A stretch of DNA of 57,964 nt from the NCBI GenBank assembly GCA_963541805.1, contig CAUTVF010000001.1, positions 1 through 57,964 on the forward strand, written 5' to 3'. This document shows, piece by piece, positions 1 through 11,236 of the stretch. This DNA comes from an uncultured Alphaproteobacteria bacterium. Lineage in GTDB: Bacteria > Pseudomonadota > Alphaproteobacteria > Rs-D84 > CASDRH01. Each line of letters starts with the position of its first letter. Position 1 is the stretch's first letter. The translations under genes and the position numbers were made by a program. The notes under the pieces were generated by a model. It had not been told where the DNA came from and did no database searches. It worked only from the letters and a program-made list of their open reading frames with translations.

Positions 1-719
1 TTAAAATCCATATCAATGGACCTGTTAGAATACCCAAAAGTATACGAATTATTTGATCCATGCTCATTTTTATCATTTTGTAATTTGATCCTTGTTGATA
101 ACCTTGAAATTTCAAACCTAAAAATATTATTTGTTCTAATTCCAAATGATAAATAAGGATACATCAGTATATCACTTGCCGATAAAGCAGAATAAGTTCC
201 AATTCTTTTACCATTTGGAAGAAAATTATACGCATCGCTATAAGGAGAAGCCGCCCCACCAGGGAGCTCTGGTAATACTTTCCCAAAATAATTTGGTTCT
301 TTCAGGTAAAAAGAATTTGGTAACAACAAATTTAATTGAAACATAACATAAAACTTATTATCTATTTGCTGATTAGAGTTTTGCTTCTTGCTTAAAAAAT
401 TAATATTCTTTTTTAACTTATAATCATTAACTTCATAAGGATTATCAGTATTCAATCCATAATTATTTATATCATAAATTGTTTTTTGCTTAGCAGAAGA
501 ATTTTGATAATTTTGATGAGATTTAATCTTGCTATATTTTGTATCTGGAACTTCTTCAATTATAGATAATTTTTTATCTTCATAAGATTTATCAAATTCT
601 TCTTTACTGTTTATAATTAAATCATCTGCGATACCCAATGTGTTCGGCTGAGCAACGGATAAATCAACCAGAATAAACAACCATAAAACAGAAAGTATGT
701 AAAAATTAAATCTTAGCAT
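1..719 (-). CDS. Secreted / outer-membrane beta-barrel-like protein, C-terminus cut by window edge (absent from ORF track)
   Basis: Manual minus-strand translation from the ATG at 717-719 gives MLRFNFYILSVLWLFILVDLSVAQP... and stays open to position 1. It has a signal peptide, an Asn/Lys-rich linker and an aromatic-rich alternating segment (YSALSASDILMYPYLSFGIRTNNIFRFEISR). The tta at 1-3 is out of frame. Confidence 0.55.
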   Translation of the reverse strand, partial: MLRFNFYILSVLWLFILVDLSVAQPNTLGIADDLIINSKEEFDKSYEDKKLSIIEEVPDTKYSKIKSHQNYQNSSAKQKTIYDINNYGLNTDNPYEVNDYKLKKNINFLSKKQNSNQQIDNKFYVMFQLNLLLPNSFYLKEPNYFGKVLPELPGGAASPYSDAYNFLPNGKRIGTYSALSASDILMYPYLSFGIRTNNIFRFEISRLSTRIKLQNDKNEHGSNNSYTFGYSNRSIDMDF

Positions 720-795
720 TAAAAAAAACCTTCACACCATTTTCCATTATACCAAAAAAAGTATGAAGATCTAATTATTTTTATAAGACGAAAAA

Positions 796-1281
796 CTATT
801 TACCCTGATTTTGCAGGTTCGAATCCACTCCCTCAGGGGAAATAACAGAAGATGGACTATTTTTTTTCTTTAATTCATCTTGTTTTTTCAAATAATCACG
901 TTGACGCTTGCCCTTTGCACCAGGATCGCGATCAACCAACTCGATAACCGCAGTAGGCGCATTATCACCATATCTATTACCAGATTTCAAAATGCGTGTA
1001 TAACCACCATTCCTATTCTTATACCTATCTGCAATAACACTAAATAACTTAGCAACTATACCATCATCACGCAATTTAGAAAAAGCAATACGCCTTGAAT
1101 TAAGATCCCCTTTTTTACCAAAAGTTATCAGTTTTTCAACAACAGAACGCAAACTCTTTGCCTTAGGTAACGTAGTAACAATCTGCTCATGTTCCAGTAA
1201 TGATACAGACATATTCCTAAACATCGAAATCTTATGCGAAGATGTCATGTTTAACTTTCTATGTTTTATGTTATGTCTCAT
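796..1281 (-). CDS. rplQ: 50S ribosomal protein L17
   Basis: [24 protein letters not shown] matches the L17 N-terminal signature. It is the last gene after rpoA and carries a Lys/Ser-rich C-terminal tail. Confidence 0.95.
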   Translation of the reverse strand: MRHNIKHRKLNMTSSHKISMFRNMSVSLLEHEQIVTTLPKAKSLRSVVEKLITFGKKGDLNSRRIAFSKLRDDGIVAKLFSVIADRYKNRNGGYTRILKSGNRYGDNAPTAVIELVDRDPGAKGKRQRDYLKKQDELKKKNSPSSVISPEGVDSNLQNQGK

Positions 1282-1303
1282 GCACTATTCCTCTTTAATA
1301 TAA

Positions 1304-2326
1304 TTATGAATATGGATCTTCATATTTCTTTGATAATTCTTCAATATTTTCCGGTGGCCAATTATCTACTTTCATACCAAAAGATAATCCCATACCAGCC
1401 AATTGTTCTTTTATCTCATTTAATGATTTACGGCCAAAATTCGGAGTACGAAGCATATCAGCTTCGGTCTTTTGAACCAAATCACCAAGATAAATTATAT
1501 TATCATTCTTAAGGCAATTATCTGCCCTGACCGATAACTCCAATTCATTTACTTTTTTCAGCAATACAGAATTAAATGGCAACTCTTCCTTGACCTCTTC
1601 CTTTTTCATTTCTTTAGGATCTTCAAAATTCACAAACAAAGAAAACTGATCCATCAAAATCCTGGATGCGTATGCAACGGCATCCTCTGGACTAACAGTT
1701 CCATTAGTCTTAACCGTGAAAGTCAATTTGTCATAATCAGTTCTCTGTCCTAAACGGGCAGGATCAACAGAAAAAGCAACATTTAACACAGGAGAAAATA
1801 TAGAATCAATTGATATCAAACCAACCTGAGACTGTAAAGGTTTATTTTCTTCAGATGTTTTATATCCCGATCCAGTACCAACAAAAAACTCAATATCCAA
1901 ATCAGCAGTATCATCAAGATGACAAATTACAAAATCCTTGTTCACAATCTCCAAATCATGACCAACTTCAATCATGCCCGCTGTTACAACCTTTGGTCCC
2001 TTGACTGATAACTTCATCTTATGATGATCAGATTCTAATAATTGCTTAATATAAATCTGTTTCAAGTTAAGTATCAGCTCTACAACATCCTCTTTCATAC
2101 CTTGAACAGAAGAAAACTCATGCAAAGCACCATTCACTTTGATTCCAGTAATCGCACATCCCTGAAGAGATGATAACAATATTCTACGTAAAGCAGTCCC
2201 AAGAGTTATCCCAAAACCTCTTTCCAAAGGTTCTGCAACGATACTGGCAACATTTGGATTGAAATCATCCTTTTTTATAACTACGTTACTAGGTTTTACT
2301 AAATTTAACCAATTATTTTGTATCAC
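1304..2326 (-). CDS. rpoA: DNA-directed RNA polymerase alpha subunit
   Basis: 340 aa with an N-terminal assembly domain and a C-terminal domain ([22 protein letters not shown]). It sits between rpsK and rplQ. Confidence 0.97.
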   Translation of the reverse strand: MIQNNWLNLVKPSNVVIKKDDFNPNVASIVAEPLERGFGITLGTALRRILLSSLQGCAITGIKVNGALHEFSSVQGMKEDVVELILNLKQIYIKQLLESDHHKMKLSVKGPKVVTAGMIEVGHDLEIVNKDFVICHLDDTADLDIEFFVGTGSGYKTSEENKPLQSQVGLISIDSIFSPVLNVAFSVDPARLGQRTDYDKLTFTVKTNGTVSPEDAVAYASRILMDQFSLFVNFEDPKEMKKEEVKEELPFNSVLLKKVNELELSVRADNCLKNDNIIYLGDLVQKTEADMLRTPNFGRKSLNEIKEQLAGMGLSFGMKVDNWPPENIEELSKKYEDPYS

Positions 2327-2365
2327 TTTCCACCCCTTTTTCTATTAGATAACTGTATGACAAAA

Positions 2366-2761
2366 CTATATCCTACGCTGTTTTTTAGGACGACATCCAT
2401 TATGAGGAACCTTTGTTGTATCAACTATCGTACCAATTTGTAAACCCAAGCTTGAAAGCGCACGAACAGCAGCCTCTCTTCCACCACCAGGACCAGACAT
2501 CTTAACATCAATAAACTTCAACCCATGTTCTATTGCTTTCCTTCCAGCATTCTCTGCAGTAATCTGAGCAGCCCAAGGCGTTGACTTTTTTGCTCCCTTA
2601 AAACTATTTGCCCCAGACGTAGACCAAGAAATAACATTACCCTGAGTGTCTGTTATTGTAACCCTTGTATTGTTAAAAGTGGCCAAAACGTAAGCAACAC
2701 CATTGGTAATATTCTTTTTAACTTTACGAGCTACTTTTTTAACTTCTTTTTTTTCTGCCAT
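2366..2761 (-). CDS. rpsK: 30S ribosomal protein S11
   Basis: [18 protein letters not shown] ... [13 protein letters not shown], in the alpha-operon position. Confidence 0.97.
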   Translation of the reverse strand: MAEKKEVKKVARKVKKNITNGVAYVLATFNNTRVTITDTQGNVISWSTSGANSFKGAKKSTPWAAQITAENAGRKAIEHGLKFIDVKMSGPGGGREAAVRALSSLGLQIGTIVDTTKVPHNGCRPKKQRRI

Positions 2762-2777
2762 CTAAATACACCCTTTA

Positions 2778-3155
2778 TTATTTTGTAACCTTAACTTTCC
2801 CAGCAATTGCAACCGCTTTACCCTTTCTTGTTCTTGCATTACTTCTTGTTCTCTGTCCACGAACTGGTAACTTTTTTTGATGCCTAATACCACGATAACA
2901 ACGTAAATCCTGCACCCTTTTTATATTCATTGAAACTTCACGACGCTTATCACCCTCAACAACAAGCTTACTATCAATGTATTCACGAATTTTAAAAACT
3001 TCATCATCTGTCAATGTAGATGCTTTTCGAGTTGGGACAAGGCCCAAATCAGAACATATTTTGTCTGCAGTTGCCCTGCCAATACCGTATATGTAAGTTA
3101 ATGATATATTTAGATGTTTTTCTGTTGGGATATTAACCCCTGCAATTCGAGCCAT
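2778..3155 (-). CDS. rpsM: 30S ribosomal protein S13
   Basis: [10 protein letters not shown] ... [26 protein letters not shown]. Confidence 0.97.
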   Translation of the reverse strand: MARIAGVNIPTEKHLNISLTYIYGIGRATADKICSDLGLVPTRKASTLTDDEVFKIREYIDSKLVVEGDKRREVSMNIKRVQDLRCYRGIRHQKKLPVRGQRTRSNARTRKGKAVAIAGKVKVTK

Positions 3156-3291
3156 ATAAAATTCCTTTGTTAACTACACTAATTATACAACTAATATCAC
3201 TGCTAACTATAGCTTGGGTTAGAGTAATACTCACTAAATTATAAGTCAATGATTTTATTATATCATCTTTAAATAAAAATACACTCAGCTT

Positions 3292-4650
3292 CTATCTTCT
3301 GATAAAACGCCTAGAACCCATACCAGACGAAGCTCCGCTTTTCATCAAATTTTCATATTTATTTGTTATTAAATACGATTGTATTTGAGAAATAGTTTCC
3401 ATCACAACGCTACAAACTATCAGTAACGATGTTCCAGCAATCAAAGGAAAACCCATATTATTTTTTAACACAACAGGAACAATTGTAATCATCACTAAAA
3501 ACACGGCACCCGTAACTGTTATGCGTGTTAAAACATAATCCAAATACGCACCCGTAGAAACCCCAGGCCTAACACCAGGAACAAAAGCTCCATAATTTTT
3601 TAAATTTTCAGCGGTCTCTTCAACGTTAAACTGCACCGCAGTATAAAAGAATGTAAAAAATATTATTAACAAAGACAAAACCGACAAATACCAAATGCTA
3701 TCTTCACGCATATATGTTGCAAACTTCAACCAAAAACCACTACTTTCACCAACCCCTGATCCTGATTTCGTCATAAAAGTCATGATAGTTGTTGGAATAG
3801 CTATTATTGTATATGCAAATATAGGAGGAATAACACCAGCAGAATTTAATTTTAATGGTAAATATGTCGCACTACCACCACCAAAACGCCCACCCTTATT
3901 AGGATAATGAATCAATAACCTACGTTGTGCTGTATCAAAAAATATAACTATAAATATCATGGCAAATGTAAATAACAAAATACCAAGCAAACCCATTACA
4001 CTTATTTGACCAACACGACTTAAATCAAACACCTGAAAAGCAGATATAGGAAGCGAAGAAACAATACCAACAAAAATAATCAAAGAACTACCATTACCAA
4101 TTCCACGTTTTGTAATCTGTTCCCCCATCCACATAACCAACATAGTTCCCGCAATCAAAGTAACAACGGTAGTAAACGTAAAAGCAAAACCAGGATCAAT
4201 AACAGCATTCGGGATAGACTGAGCATAAGATGCCAATCCAAAAGCCTCCATCGCACATATAAATACTGTCAAATATCTAGTATACTGATTAATTTTTTGC
4301 TGTCCTATTTCCCCTTCTTTTTTTAACTGCATTAATGCAGGTGATATTGAAGACATTAAAGACATTATAATACTCGCAGAAATATAAGGAATTATATTAA
4401 GTGCAAATATCGTCATACGCTGTAATGCTCCACCAGTGAAAACATTAAACATATCAACCAATCCCTTACCAAAAGACGAAAACGTTTGAGCAATTACAGT
4501 AGCATTAATACCAGGTAACGGGACAAAAGAACCAAGACGATATACAATAAGCATTAAAACAGTAAACAGAATTCGCTGCTTTAAAACAGACGACTTCGCT
4601 ATATCTTCCAGCGTTATAGATGATGCTATTTTTTCTTCTACAGAACTCAT
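3292..4650 (-). CDS. secY: Preprotein translocase subunit SecY
   Basis: 452 aa polytopic membrane protein (LFTVLMLIVYRLGSFVPLPGIN; GNGSSLIIF) located after rplO. Confidence 0.97.
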   Translation of the reverse strand: MSSVEEKIASSITLEDIAKSSVLKQRILFTVLMLIVYRLGSFVPLPGINATVIAQTFSSFGKGLVDMFNVFTGGALQRMTIFALNIIPYISASIIMSLMSSISPALMQLKKEGEIGQQKINQYTRYLTVFICAMEAFGLASYAQSIPNAVIDPGFAFTFTTVVTLIAGTMLVMWMGEQITKRGIGNGSSLIIFVGIVSSLPISAFQVFDLSRVGQISVMGLLGILLFTFAMIFIVIFFDTAQRRLLIHYPNKGGRFGGGSATYLPLKLNSAGVIPPIFAYTIIAIPTTIMTFMTKSGSGVGESSGFWLKFATYMREDSIWYLSVLSLLIIFFTFFYTAVQFNVEETAENLKNYGAFVPGVRPGVSTGAYLDYVLTRITVTGAVFLVMITIVPVVLKNNMGFPLIAGTSLLIVCSVVMETISQIQSYLITNKYENLMKSGASSGMGSRRFIRR

Positions 4651-4656
4651 TTTATC

Positions 4657-5178
4657 CTAAGCCACAACTTTTCCAGATTTAGCAAAACGACCTCTATCAT
4701 CAGTATTTAGAATAACATTTTTTATCACTATCTTTCCACCAACGGCTTCAATTGCATTCTTTGCAGAATGCGAAATCTTATTTGCTTCGATAGTCACAGA
4801 AGAACTTATTTTACCAAATCCTAGAACTTTCAATCCATCAAAACCAGACCGAGTCTTAATTACTCCGGCTTTTATCAAAGTATCAATATTAATTTCATTC
4901 TCTATCAACTTATCATCTATTGCTTTTTGAATAGAAGACAGGTTAACTATATAATACATCTTTTTAAATTTTTTATTATTAAATCCTATATGAGCAAAAC
5001 GACGATATAAAGGCATCTGTCCACCAGCAAAATTATGTATAGACACCCCAGATCTGGATTTCTGTCCTTTCATACCACGACCTGATGTCTTACCCTTTCC
5101 AGACCCGACACCGCGTCCAACTCGCTTAAATTTTATATTTGCCCCTGAATTATCACAAATATTATTCAAACCAATCAT
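4657..5178 (-). CDS. rplO: 50S ribosomal protein L15
   Basis: KRVGRGVGSGKGKTSGRGMKGQKSRSG motif, in the spc-operon position. Confidence 0.95.
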   Translation of the reverse strand: MIGLNNICDNSGANIKFKRVGRGVGSGKGKTSGRGMKGQKSRSGVSIHNFAGGQMPLYRRFAHIGFNNKKFKKMYYIVNLSSIQKAIDDKLIENEINIDTLIKAGVIKTRSGFDGLKVLGFGKISSSVTIEANKISHSAKNAIEAVGGKIVIKNVILNTDDRGRFAKSGKVVA

Positions 5179-5179
5179 A

Positions 5180-5371
5180 TTAAACTACCTCTTCTACCGT
5201 AATTAAATGTTCAACAACTTTTATCATACCACGCACTTCAGGAGTATCTTTCAAAACTTTCTCGCTATTGATACGACGTCCAACACCTAGACCTACTAAA
5301 GTTGCTAACTGTTTTTTACTTATACCATAAGAACTACGTACTTGCCTTATTCTCAACGATTTAACTGACAT
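5180..5371 (-). CDS. rpmD: 50S ribosomal protein L30
   Basis: MSVKSLRIRQVRSSYGISKKQLATLVGLGV. Start moved to the ATG at 5369-5371 because the track start at 5383 overlaps the rpsE stop. Confidence 0.85.
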   Translation of the reverse strand: MSVKSLRIRQVRSSYGISKKQLATLVGLGVGRRINSEKVLKDTPEVRGMIKVVEHLITVEEVV

Positions 5372-5382
5372 ACTACACCTCA

Positions 5383-5934
5383 CTATTCCGCTACATCCAT
5401 AGTAACAACACCAGAAGCATTGCGAGATGCAACAATATCAGAAACTGACTTTCCACGACGAAGAGCAACCATTTTAGGAGCAGACATCTCTTTAAAAGCC
5501 TCAAATGTCGCACGAACCATATTATGAGGATTAACAGATCCAAGAGACTTTGCAACAACATCCCTAATCCCCAACACTTCAAACAATGCACGCATAGGAC
5601 CACCCGCAATTATTCCAGTTCCAGATTTTGCAGCACGCAAAACAACCTTTCCAGATCCAAATTTTGCAGTTATATCATGATGCAATGTACGACCATCTTT
5701 TAAAGGAACTTTGATCATATTCTTTTTAGCATCTTCTGTCGCCTTACGAACAGCATCTGGGACTTCTCTTGCTTTACCATTGCCAAAACCTATATGACCA
5801 TTTTGATCGCCAACAACAACTATAGCGGCAAAAGACATGTTTTTTCCGCCTTTCACAACCTTGGTAACTCGATTAACAAAAATCAATCTGTCTATTAAAT
5901 CACTCTTTTCTTTTTTTGATATATTTCTGACCAT
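5383..5934 (-). CDS. rpsE: 30S ribosomal protein S5
   Basis: [46 protein letters not shown]. Confidence 0.96.
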   Translation of the reverse strand: MVRNISKKEKSDLIDRLIFVNRVTKVVKGGKNMSFAAIVVVGDQNGHIGFGNGKAREVPDAVRKATEDAKKNMIKVPLKDGRTLHHDITAKFGSGKVVLRAAKSGTGIIAGGPMRALFEVLGIRDVVAKSLGSVNPHNMVRATFEAFKEMSAPKMVALRRGKSVSDIVASRNASGVVTMDVAE

Positions 5935-5951
5935 CGATCAATTCCTTACAA

Positions 5952-6305
5952 TTAAAAATTTAAACCTGCTGCACGCGCAGCATCAGCCAAAGCTTTCACT
6001 TTTCCATGATAGGGGTACGCACCACGATCAAACACAACATCTTTTATATTCTCTTTTATTGCATGCATGGCAACCATCTTACCAATTTCTCTAGCGCAAT
6101 CAACACTCCATGTTTTTGCAATTTTTACATCCTTACTCAAAGAAGAAACAGAAAATAAAGTTTTTGCGTTTTTATCATCAACAATACTTGCATATATATG
6201 TCTTCCAGATTTAAATACGCACAAACGAGGACGATTAAATTTATTCTTCTCCTTTAAATTAAATCTGTTTTTTAATTTTCTTCTTAAAAAAGATACGAAT
6301 GTCAT
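5952..6305 (-). CDS. rplR: 50S ribosomal protein L18
   Basis: RPRLCVFKSGRHIYASIVDD ... VVFDRGAYPYHGKVKALADAARAAGLNF. Confidence 0.95.
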   Translation of the reverse strand: MTFVSFLRRKLKNRFNLKEKNKFNRPRLCVFKSGRHIYASIVDDKNAKTLFSVSSLSKDVKIAKTWSVDCAREIGKMVAMHAIKENIKDVVFDRGAYPYHGKVKALADAARAAGLNF

Positions 6306-6317
6306 TTATTTATACTA

Positions 6318-6857
6318 TTATTTTTTCTTACCTTCCAATTTACGAACATACTCGCCTTTATATCTAATACCCTTACCCTTATAAGGTTCAGGCTTCCTAT
6401 AACTACGAATATCTGATGCAACCTGCCCAACTTTTTGTTTATCTATACCACTAATTTTAATTTCAGTTGGCGATAAAACTTCGCACTTTATTCCATCAGG
6501 AATTACATGAATAACCTCATGTGAAAAACCTATATTCAAGACAAGATCTTTTCCTCTCATAGAGGCTTTAAAACCAACTCCACGCAACTCAAGTTCCTTT
6601 GAAAACCCTTCTGAAACCCCACGAATAATATTATTAATCATGGCACGAGTAGTTCCCCAAAGCGCATGCGAAGCAATATCATCTTTATTCTGAGATACAA
6701 CAACATCTTTACCCGCATTAACCATGACAGAAACAGAATCTGGATGTATACACAACGATAATTCGCCAAGCTTTCCTGACGCTCTCACAATATCATTACT
6801 CAAAGTAACAGTAACCCCATTTGGAATTGATACAGGAACTTTTCCTATTTTAGACAT
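6318..6857 (-). CDS. rplF: 50S ribosomal protein L6
   Basis: MSKIGKVPVSIPNGV. The ATG at 6855-6857 lies 8 nt after GAAGG. The track start at 6866 is a GTG three codons upstream. Confidence 0.94.
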   Translation of the reverse strand: MSKIGKVPVSIPNGVTVTLSNDIVRASGKLGELSLCIHPDSVSVMVNAGKDVVVSQNKDDIASHALWGTTRAMINNIIRGVSEGFSKELELRGVGFKASMRGKDLVLNIGFSHEVIHVIPDGIKCEVLSPTEIKISGIDKQKVGQVASDIRSYRKPEPYKGKGIRYKGEYVRKLEGKKK

Positions 6858-6880
6858 ATCATACACCTTCTAAGCTGTTA

Positions 6881-7279
6881 TTAAAAAACTTTGCAAATTA
6901 CTTCACCACCAACATTCCTACTGCGAGCATCAGCCCCAGACAATACTCCCAAAGGAGTAGATACCACACAGACACCTAACCCATTATAAACGCTTGGGAT
7001 ATCTTTTGATTTGGCGTAAACCCTGCGCCCTGGGCGAGAAACACGTTCGATCTTCTTAATTACACTCTCACCATTATAATATTTCAATACAATTACCAAC
7101 TCAGATATCTTATCCGTCAAAGATTCCTCATAATAATCCGTTATAAAGCCTTCTTTTTTTAACACACTTAAAATAGACCTTCTTTCCGAAGAATTAGGAC
7201 ACCTAACAAAAGCATGCTTTGCCATGCCACCATTTCTAATTCTTGCTATCATATCACCAATTATGTCAGTCATTACCAT
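6881..7279 (-). CDS. rpsH: 30S ribosomal protein S8
   Basis: MVMTDIIGDMIARIRNG ... GGEVICKVF. Confidence 0.96.
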   Translation of the reverse strand: MVMTDIIGDMIARIRNGGMAKHAFVRCPNSSERRSILSVLKKEGFITDYYEESLTDKISELVIVLKYYNGESVIKKIERVSRPGRRVYAKSKDIPSVYNGLGVCVVSTPLGVLSGADARSRNVGGEVICKVF

Positions 7280-7304
7280 TTATACATCCTTACACAAAAA
7301 TTAA

Positions 7305-7610
7305 CTACCAACTAGATTTACGAACACCAGGCAGCAGACCCTGACTTGCCAATTGTCGCAAAGCAATACGACTCAATTTGAACCTACGATAAAAACCATG
7401 TGGACGACCAGTCAACATACAACGATTACGAACACGAACAGGATTCCCATTGCGAGGCAATTTTGCCAATTTTAAATTAGCAGCAAATATCTCGTCTGGA
7501 TTCGATTCACGATTACGAGCAATCTCCAACAAAGCAATCCTTTTTGAATTCAATCTTTTACTTAATTTTTCACGATAATTATTTTTATTTATCATTGATA
7601 ATTTTGCCAT
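7305..7610 (-). CDS. rpsN: 30S ribosomal protein S14 (long, 101-aa form)
   Basis: [43 protein letters not shown]. Confidence 0.95.
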   Translation of the reverse strand: MAKLSMINKNNYREKLSKRLNSKRIALLEIARNRESNPDEIFAANLKLAKLPRNGNPVRVRNRCMLTGRPHGFYRRFKLSRIALRQLASQGLLPGVRKSSW

Positions 7611-7621
7611 ATCAAACCCTA

Positions 7622-8173
7622 CTAGTTTATATCGTTATAAAAAGGGAAACCAAAAGCATCAAGTAAAGACTTCGCCTCCCTATCGGTCTTTGCAGTCGTA
7701 CAAATCGTCACATCCATTCCATGAATCTTATCTATTTTATCGAAATCGATCTCTGGAAAAATTATATGTTCCTTTATTCCAAATGAATAATTTCCTCTCC
7801 CATCAAAACTTTTTGCGTTTAAACCACGGAAATCTTTTGTCCTTGGCAAAGCAATATTTACAAGCCTGTCTAAAAAATCATACATATTATTTCCACGCAA
7901 AGTAACCTTAGTACCAATAGGCAATCCATCACGCAATTTAAATGCAGCAATAGACTTTTTAGAATAACAAATTATCGGTTTTTGTCCTGAAATTAACGCC
8001 AAATCATCAACAGCTGCATCAATTCTTTTTCTATCATCAACAACCTCACCAACACCCATATTTATAACGATCTTCACCAATTTTGGGATAGCCAAATCAT
8101 TCTCATAACCGTGCTTTTGTTTCAAAGTCGACTTAATCTTATCATTATAAACTTCTTTTAATCTTGCAACCAT
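7622..8173 (-). CDS. rplE: 50S ribosomal protein L5
   Basis: [13 protein letters not shown]. Start placed at the ATG at 8171-8173; the track start at 8185 is four codons upstream. Confidence 0.94.
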   Translation of the reverse strand: MVARLKEVYNDKIKSTLKQKHGYENDLAIPKLVKIVINMGVGEVVDDRKRIDAAVDDLALISGQKPIICYSKKSIAAFKLRDGLPIGTKVTLRGNNMYDFLDRLVNIALPRTKDFRGLNAKSFDGRGNYSFGIKEHIIFPEIDFDKIDKIHGMDVTICTTAKTDREAKSLLDAFGFPFYNDIN

Positions 8174-8184
8174 TTCCACTTCCA

Positions 8185-8493
8185 CTAAATTATTTCACCT
8201 GATTTTCTTGAAATACGAACCTTTTTTCCATCTTCTAACACTTTGTAACCAACCCTTGTTGGCTTTCCAGTTTTCGTATCTATCAAAGATACATTAGAAA
8301 CTGATATCGGCATCTCTTTCGATACAACCCCACCTTTATTTCCTTGATTATCAGGTTTCTGATGACGCTTAACTAAATTAATACCAGAAACAACAACCTT
8401 CAACTCTGAAGGAATAGATTCCAACACCTTACCCTTTTTGCCCTTATATTTCCCAGCTAGCACTACAACTTCATCATTCTTTTTTATCTTCAT
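8185..8493 (-). CDS. rplX: 50S ribosomal protein L24
   Basis: [24 protein letters not shown] (KOW motif). Confidence 0.93.
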   Translation of the reverse strand: MKIKKNDEVVVLAGKYKGKKGKVLESIPSELKVVVSGINLVKRHQKPDNQGNKGGVVSKEMPISVSNVSLIDTKTGKPTRVGYKVLEDGKKVRISRKSGEII

Positions 8494-8520
8494 TTCAATA
8501 CACTCTTTAAATAAAACAAA

Positions 8521-8889
8521 CTACACAACTTCAGGAGCAAGAGACATAATTTTATGAAATTCTTTATCCTTTAACTCTCTTGCAACTGGACCAAAAACAC
8601 GAGTTCCTATCATTTCCTTACTTGAATTTAACAAAACAGCAGCATTAGTATCAAATCTCAGAGTTATACCATCTTTCCTTTTAATATCTTTTTTCGTCCT
8701 AACAACCACAGCTTTATAAACTTTTCCTTTTTCAACCTTACCACGAGGAATAGCAGATTTAACCGATACAACAATCAAATCTCCCACGCTGGCATATCGT
8801 CGCTTCGACCCACCCAAAACTTTAATACACTGAACCTTTTTAGCTCCTGAATTATCCGCAGCATCCAAAACAGTTTGCATTTGAATCAT
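8521..8889 (-). CDS. rplN: 50S ribosomal protein L14
   Basis: [28 protein letters not shown]. Confidence 0.97.
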   Translation of the reverse strand: MIQMQTVLDAADNSGAKKVQCIKVLGGSKRRYASVGDLIVVSVKSAIPRGKVEKGKVYKAVVVRTKKDIKRKDGITLRFDTNAAVLLNSSKEMIGTRVFGPVARELKDKEFHKIMSLAPEVV

Positions 8890-8909
8890 AATACTTCCTT
8901 TATGTTCCT

Positions 8910-9152
8910 TTACTTCGACACCTTATTCTTAACAGTAAACCATTTTACAGTCTTAGAAATCGGTTTACACTCCATAATCTGGACTTTATCACCTTCCTTA
9001 ACTGAAGAATCTTCGTTATGAGCATGATACTTCTTTGTAAGCTTAATAAATTTTTTATATATCGGATGCATAAAACGACGTTCAACCTCGACAGTAATAG
9101 TCTTCTGCATTTTTGTACTTGTTACAGTACCATTTAAAACTCTTCTTGGCAT
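8910..9152 (-). CDS. rpsQ: 30S ribosomal protein S17
   Basis: [30 protein letters not shown]...YHAHNE...[18 protein letters not shown]. Confidence 0.95.
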   Translation of the reverse strand: MPRRVLNGTVTSTKMQKTITVEVERRFMHPIYKKFIKLTKKYHAHNEDSSVKEGDKVQIMECKPISKTVKWFTVKNKVSK

Positions 9153-9371
9153 TTATTCACCCTTATTGCTTTTTAAATCATTCAATCTCAAATATGTCAA
9201 TAATCTTGCTATATCCCTACGAATATTTTTCATAACCGAAGTGTTCTTCAATTGACCGGAAAAAAGACTAAATCTATTTTTCATAAGTTCACGCCTCAAT
9301 TCAAGAACTTTTGCACTTATTTCATCCGAAGTTGCATTTTTCATATTTAAAATGTCATTATTCTTTTTCAT
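9153..9371 (-). CDS. rpmC: 50S ribosomal protein L29
   Basis: ELRRELMKNRFSLFSGQLKNTSVMKNIRRDIARLLTYL, between rplP and rpsQ. Confidence 0.9.
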   Translation of the reverse strand: MKKNNDILNMKNATSDEISAKVLELRRELMKNRFSLFSGQLKNTSVMKNIRRDIARLLTYLRLNDLKSNKGE

Positions 9372-9389
9372 ACCATTTCCTACAATAAA

Positions 9390-9806
9390 CTATTCAACCT
9401 CTAAACGCGACACAATTTTCGTCTTAATTGGCAACTTATACGCCGCCAAACTAAAACAATTGCGTGCAATTTCTTCGCTAATACCATCAAGCTCAAAAAG
9501 AATCCTCCCAGGCTGAACTCTTGATACCCAAAAATCAACAACACCCTTACCTTTTCCCTGACGAACACCTATTGCCTTAGAAGTAACCGGAACATCTGGA
9601 AATATTCTAATCCACAGCTTTCCTTGTCTTTTCATCGCCCTAGTTATTGCACGCCTTGCCGACTCTATTTGCCTAGCAGTAATACGTTCAGGTTCCAAAG
9701 CCTTTAAACCATAAGATCCAAAAGCAAGAGAATACCCCGCCTTTGCCTCACCATGTATACGACCCTTATGTTGCTTTCTATATTTTGTTCTCTTAGGTAA
9801 TAACAT
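9390..9806 (-). CDS. rplP: 50S ribosomal protein L16
   Basis: [24 protein letters not shown]. Confidence 0.97.
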   Translation of the reverse strand: MLLPKRTKYRKQHKGRIHGEAKAGYSLAFGSYGLKALEPERITARQIESARRAITRAMKRQGKLWIRIFPDVPVTSKAIGVRQGKGKGVVDFWVSRVQPGRILFELDGISEEIARNCFSLAAYKLPIKTKIVSRLEVE

Positions 9807-9830
9807 TTTTACACCAATCTCTTTGTTTTA

Positions 9831-10511
9831 TTATGCCGTTGCCAAAGTCTGAGCATCAATCTTATTATCTTTCAAATGTTCATCCTTGACAATATCACCA
9901 CGATAAACCCACACTTTTATACCAATAACACCATACGTTGTATGAGCTTCAGCAAAGCCATATGAAATATCAGCACGAAGAGTATGCAAAGGAACACGCC
10001 CCTCTTTTATCCACTCTACACGAGCAATCTCAGCACCGTTCAAACGACCCCCGCATTGAACCTTAACACCTTTTGACCCCATTTTCATCGATTTACTTAT
10101 AACTTGTTTCATAGCTCTTTTATAAGAACCTCGTTTTTCAATTGCATTTGCAATCTCAAGCGCCAAAATCTTCCCATCCAACTCTGGTTTACGTATTTCA
10201 AGTATATTTAACACAACATCTGACGAAACAAGCTTTTGTAAGCCCTTCTTCAGCAGTTCAATATCTGCTCCCTTACGACCAATAATAATACCAGGCTTTG
10301 CTGAATAAATAGTTATATGAGTATTCTTCGTAGTTCTATCAATATCAACTGACGAAACACCCGCGGTTTTCAACTTTTCATTAATATACTTACGTATCTG
10401 TATATCCTCTTCTAACAGCTCAGAATACTTCTTCCCCACTGCAAACCACTTAGAAGACCAAGATTTATTTATTCTTAAACGTAAACTTAATGGATGAACT
10501 TTCTGCCCCAT
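9831..10511 (-). CDS. rpsC: 30S ribosomal protein S3
   Basis: MGQKVHPLSLRLRINKSWSSKWF, plus a KH domain. Confidence 0.97.
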   Translation of the reverse strand: MGQKVHPLSLRLRINKSWSSKWFAVGKKYSELLEEDIQIRKYINEKLKTAGVSSVDIDRTTKNTHITIYSAKPGIIIGRKGADIELLKKGLQKLVSSDVVLNILEIRKPELDGKILALEIANAIEKRGSYKRAMKQVISKSMKMGSKGVKVQCGGRLNGAEIARVEWIKEGRVPLHTLRADISYGFAEAHTTYGVIGIKVWVYRGDIVKDEHLKDNKIDAQTLATA

Positions 10512-10512
10512 A

Positions 10513-10935
10513 TTATTTTACCTCTACATTTTCCATTTTATTATTTTTTTTCACCAATGTATTTTGCTCTGACAAGACTATTGTCATATTAGAAAAAGGT
10601 TTATGCATCTGCTCCCCTTTTCCTTTTGACTTATACATCAATCTTTTCATAACAACCGAACGCCCAACAAAAGCTTCTGATACATATAATTTATCAACAT
10701 CCAGATTATAATTATGCTGCGCATTTGCAATTGCAGACATCAACAACTTCTTCACATCAATAGATATACGCTTTCTTGAAAATGTCAGAACATTCAAAGC
10801 ACTCTCAACATTTAAATTTCTAATTAACCTAGCAGTCAAATTTAGCTTCTGCGGAGAGATACGCAAATATTTTGCAGACACTTTAACCTTGCTATTTTTC
10901 AAATCACTTTTACCAACAGTCTGAGCCATCGTCAT
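10513..10935 (-). CDS. rplV: 50S ribosomal protein L22
   Basis: AKYLRISPQKLNLTARLIRNLNVESALNVLTFSRKR, in the S10-operon position. Confidence 0.93.
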   Translation of the reverse strand: MTMAQTVGKSDLKNSKVKVSAKYLRISPQKLNLTARLIRNLNVESALNVLTFSRKRISIDVKKLLMSAIANAQHNYNLDVDKLYVSEAFVGRSVVMKRLMYKSKGKGEQMHKPFSNMTIVLSEQNTLVKKNNKMENVEVK

Positions 10936-10945
10936 ATTTTACCTT

Positions 10946-11227
10946 TTACTTCTTTGCAACTTCTTTTCTATTTCCTGAATGCCCCTTAAACGTCCGAGTC
11001 GGAGCAAACTCACCCAACTTATGACCAACCATATACTCATTCACAACAACAGGTATAAACTTATTACCATTATGAACGTGAAAAGTAAAATCAACCATTT
11101 GAGGGAGAATCATAGATGCCCTGCTCCATGTTTTAATAGGTTTTTTACTATTCTCAGATATAGCCCTCTCAACATGTTTCAGTAAAGACGGATGTATATA
11201 AGGGCCTTTCCAAATAGATCTTGTCAT
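10946..11227 (-). CDS. rpsS: 30S ribosomal protein S19
   Basis: [17 protein letters not shown] ... [32 protein letters not shown]. Confidence 0.97.
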   Translation of the reverse strand: MTRSIWKGPYIHPSLLKHVERAISENSKKPIKTWSRASMILPQMVDFTFHVHNGNKFIPVVVNEYMVGHKLGEFAPTRTFKGHSGNRKEVAKK

Positions 11228-11236
11228 TTTTATTCC

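Noticed and set aside
1-3. The tta at the window start read as the stop codon of the minus-strand ORF 1-719.
   Set aside because: It is out of frame with the ATG at 717-719, because 719 nt is not a multiple of 3. The ORF simply runs off the window.
3156-3291. A hidden rpmJ, infA or adk remnant in the secY-rpsM spacer.
   Set aside because: Minus-strand translation in all three frames gives only very short ORFs (ATG ATA TAA and similar). Nothing resembles L36 (MKVR.S.K..C..C).
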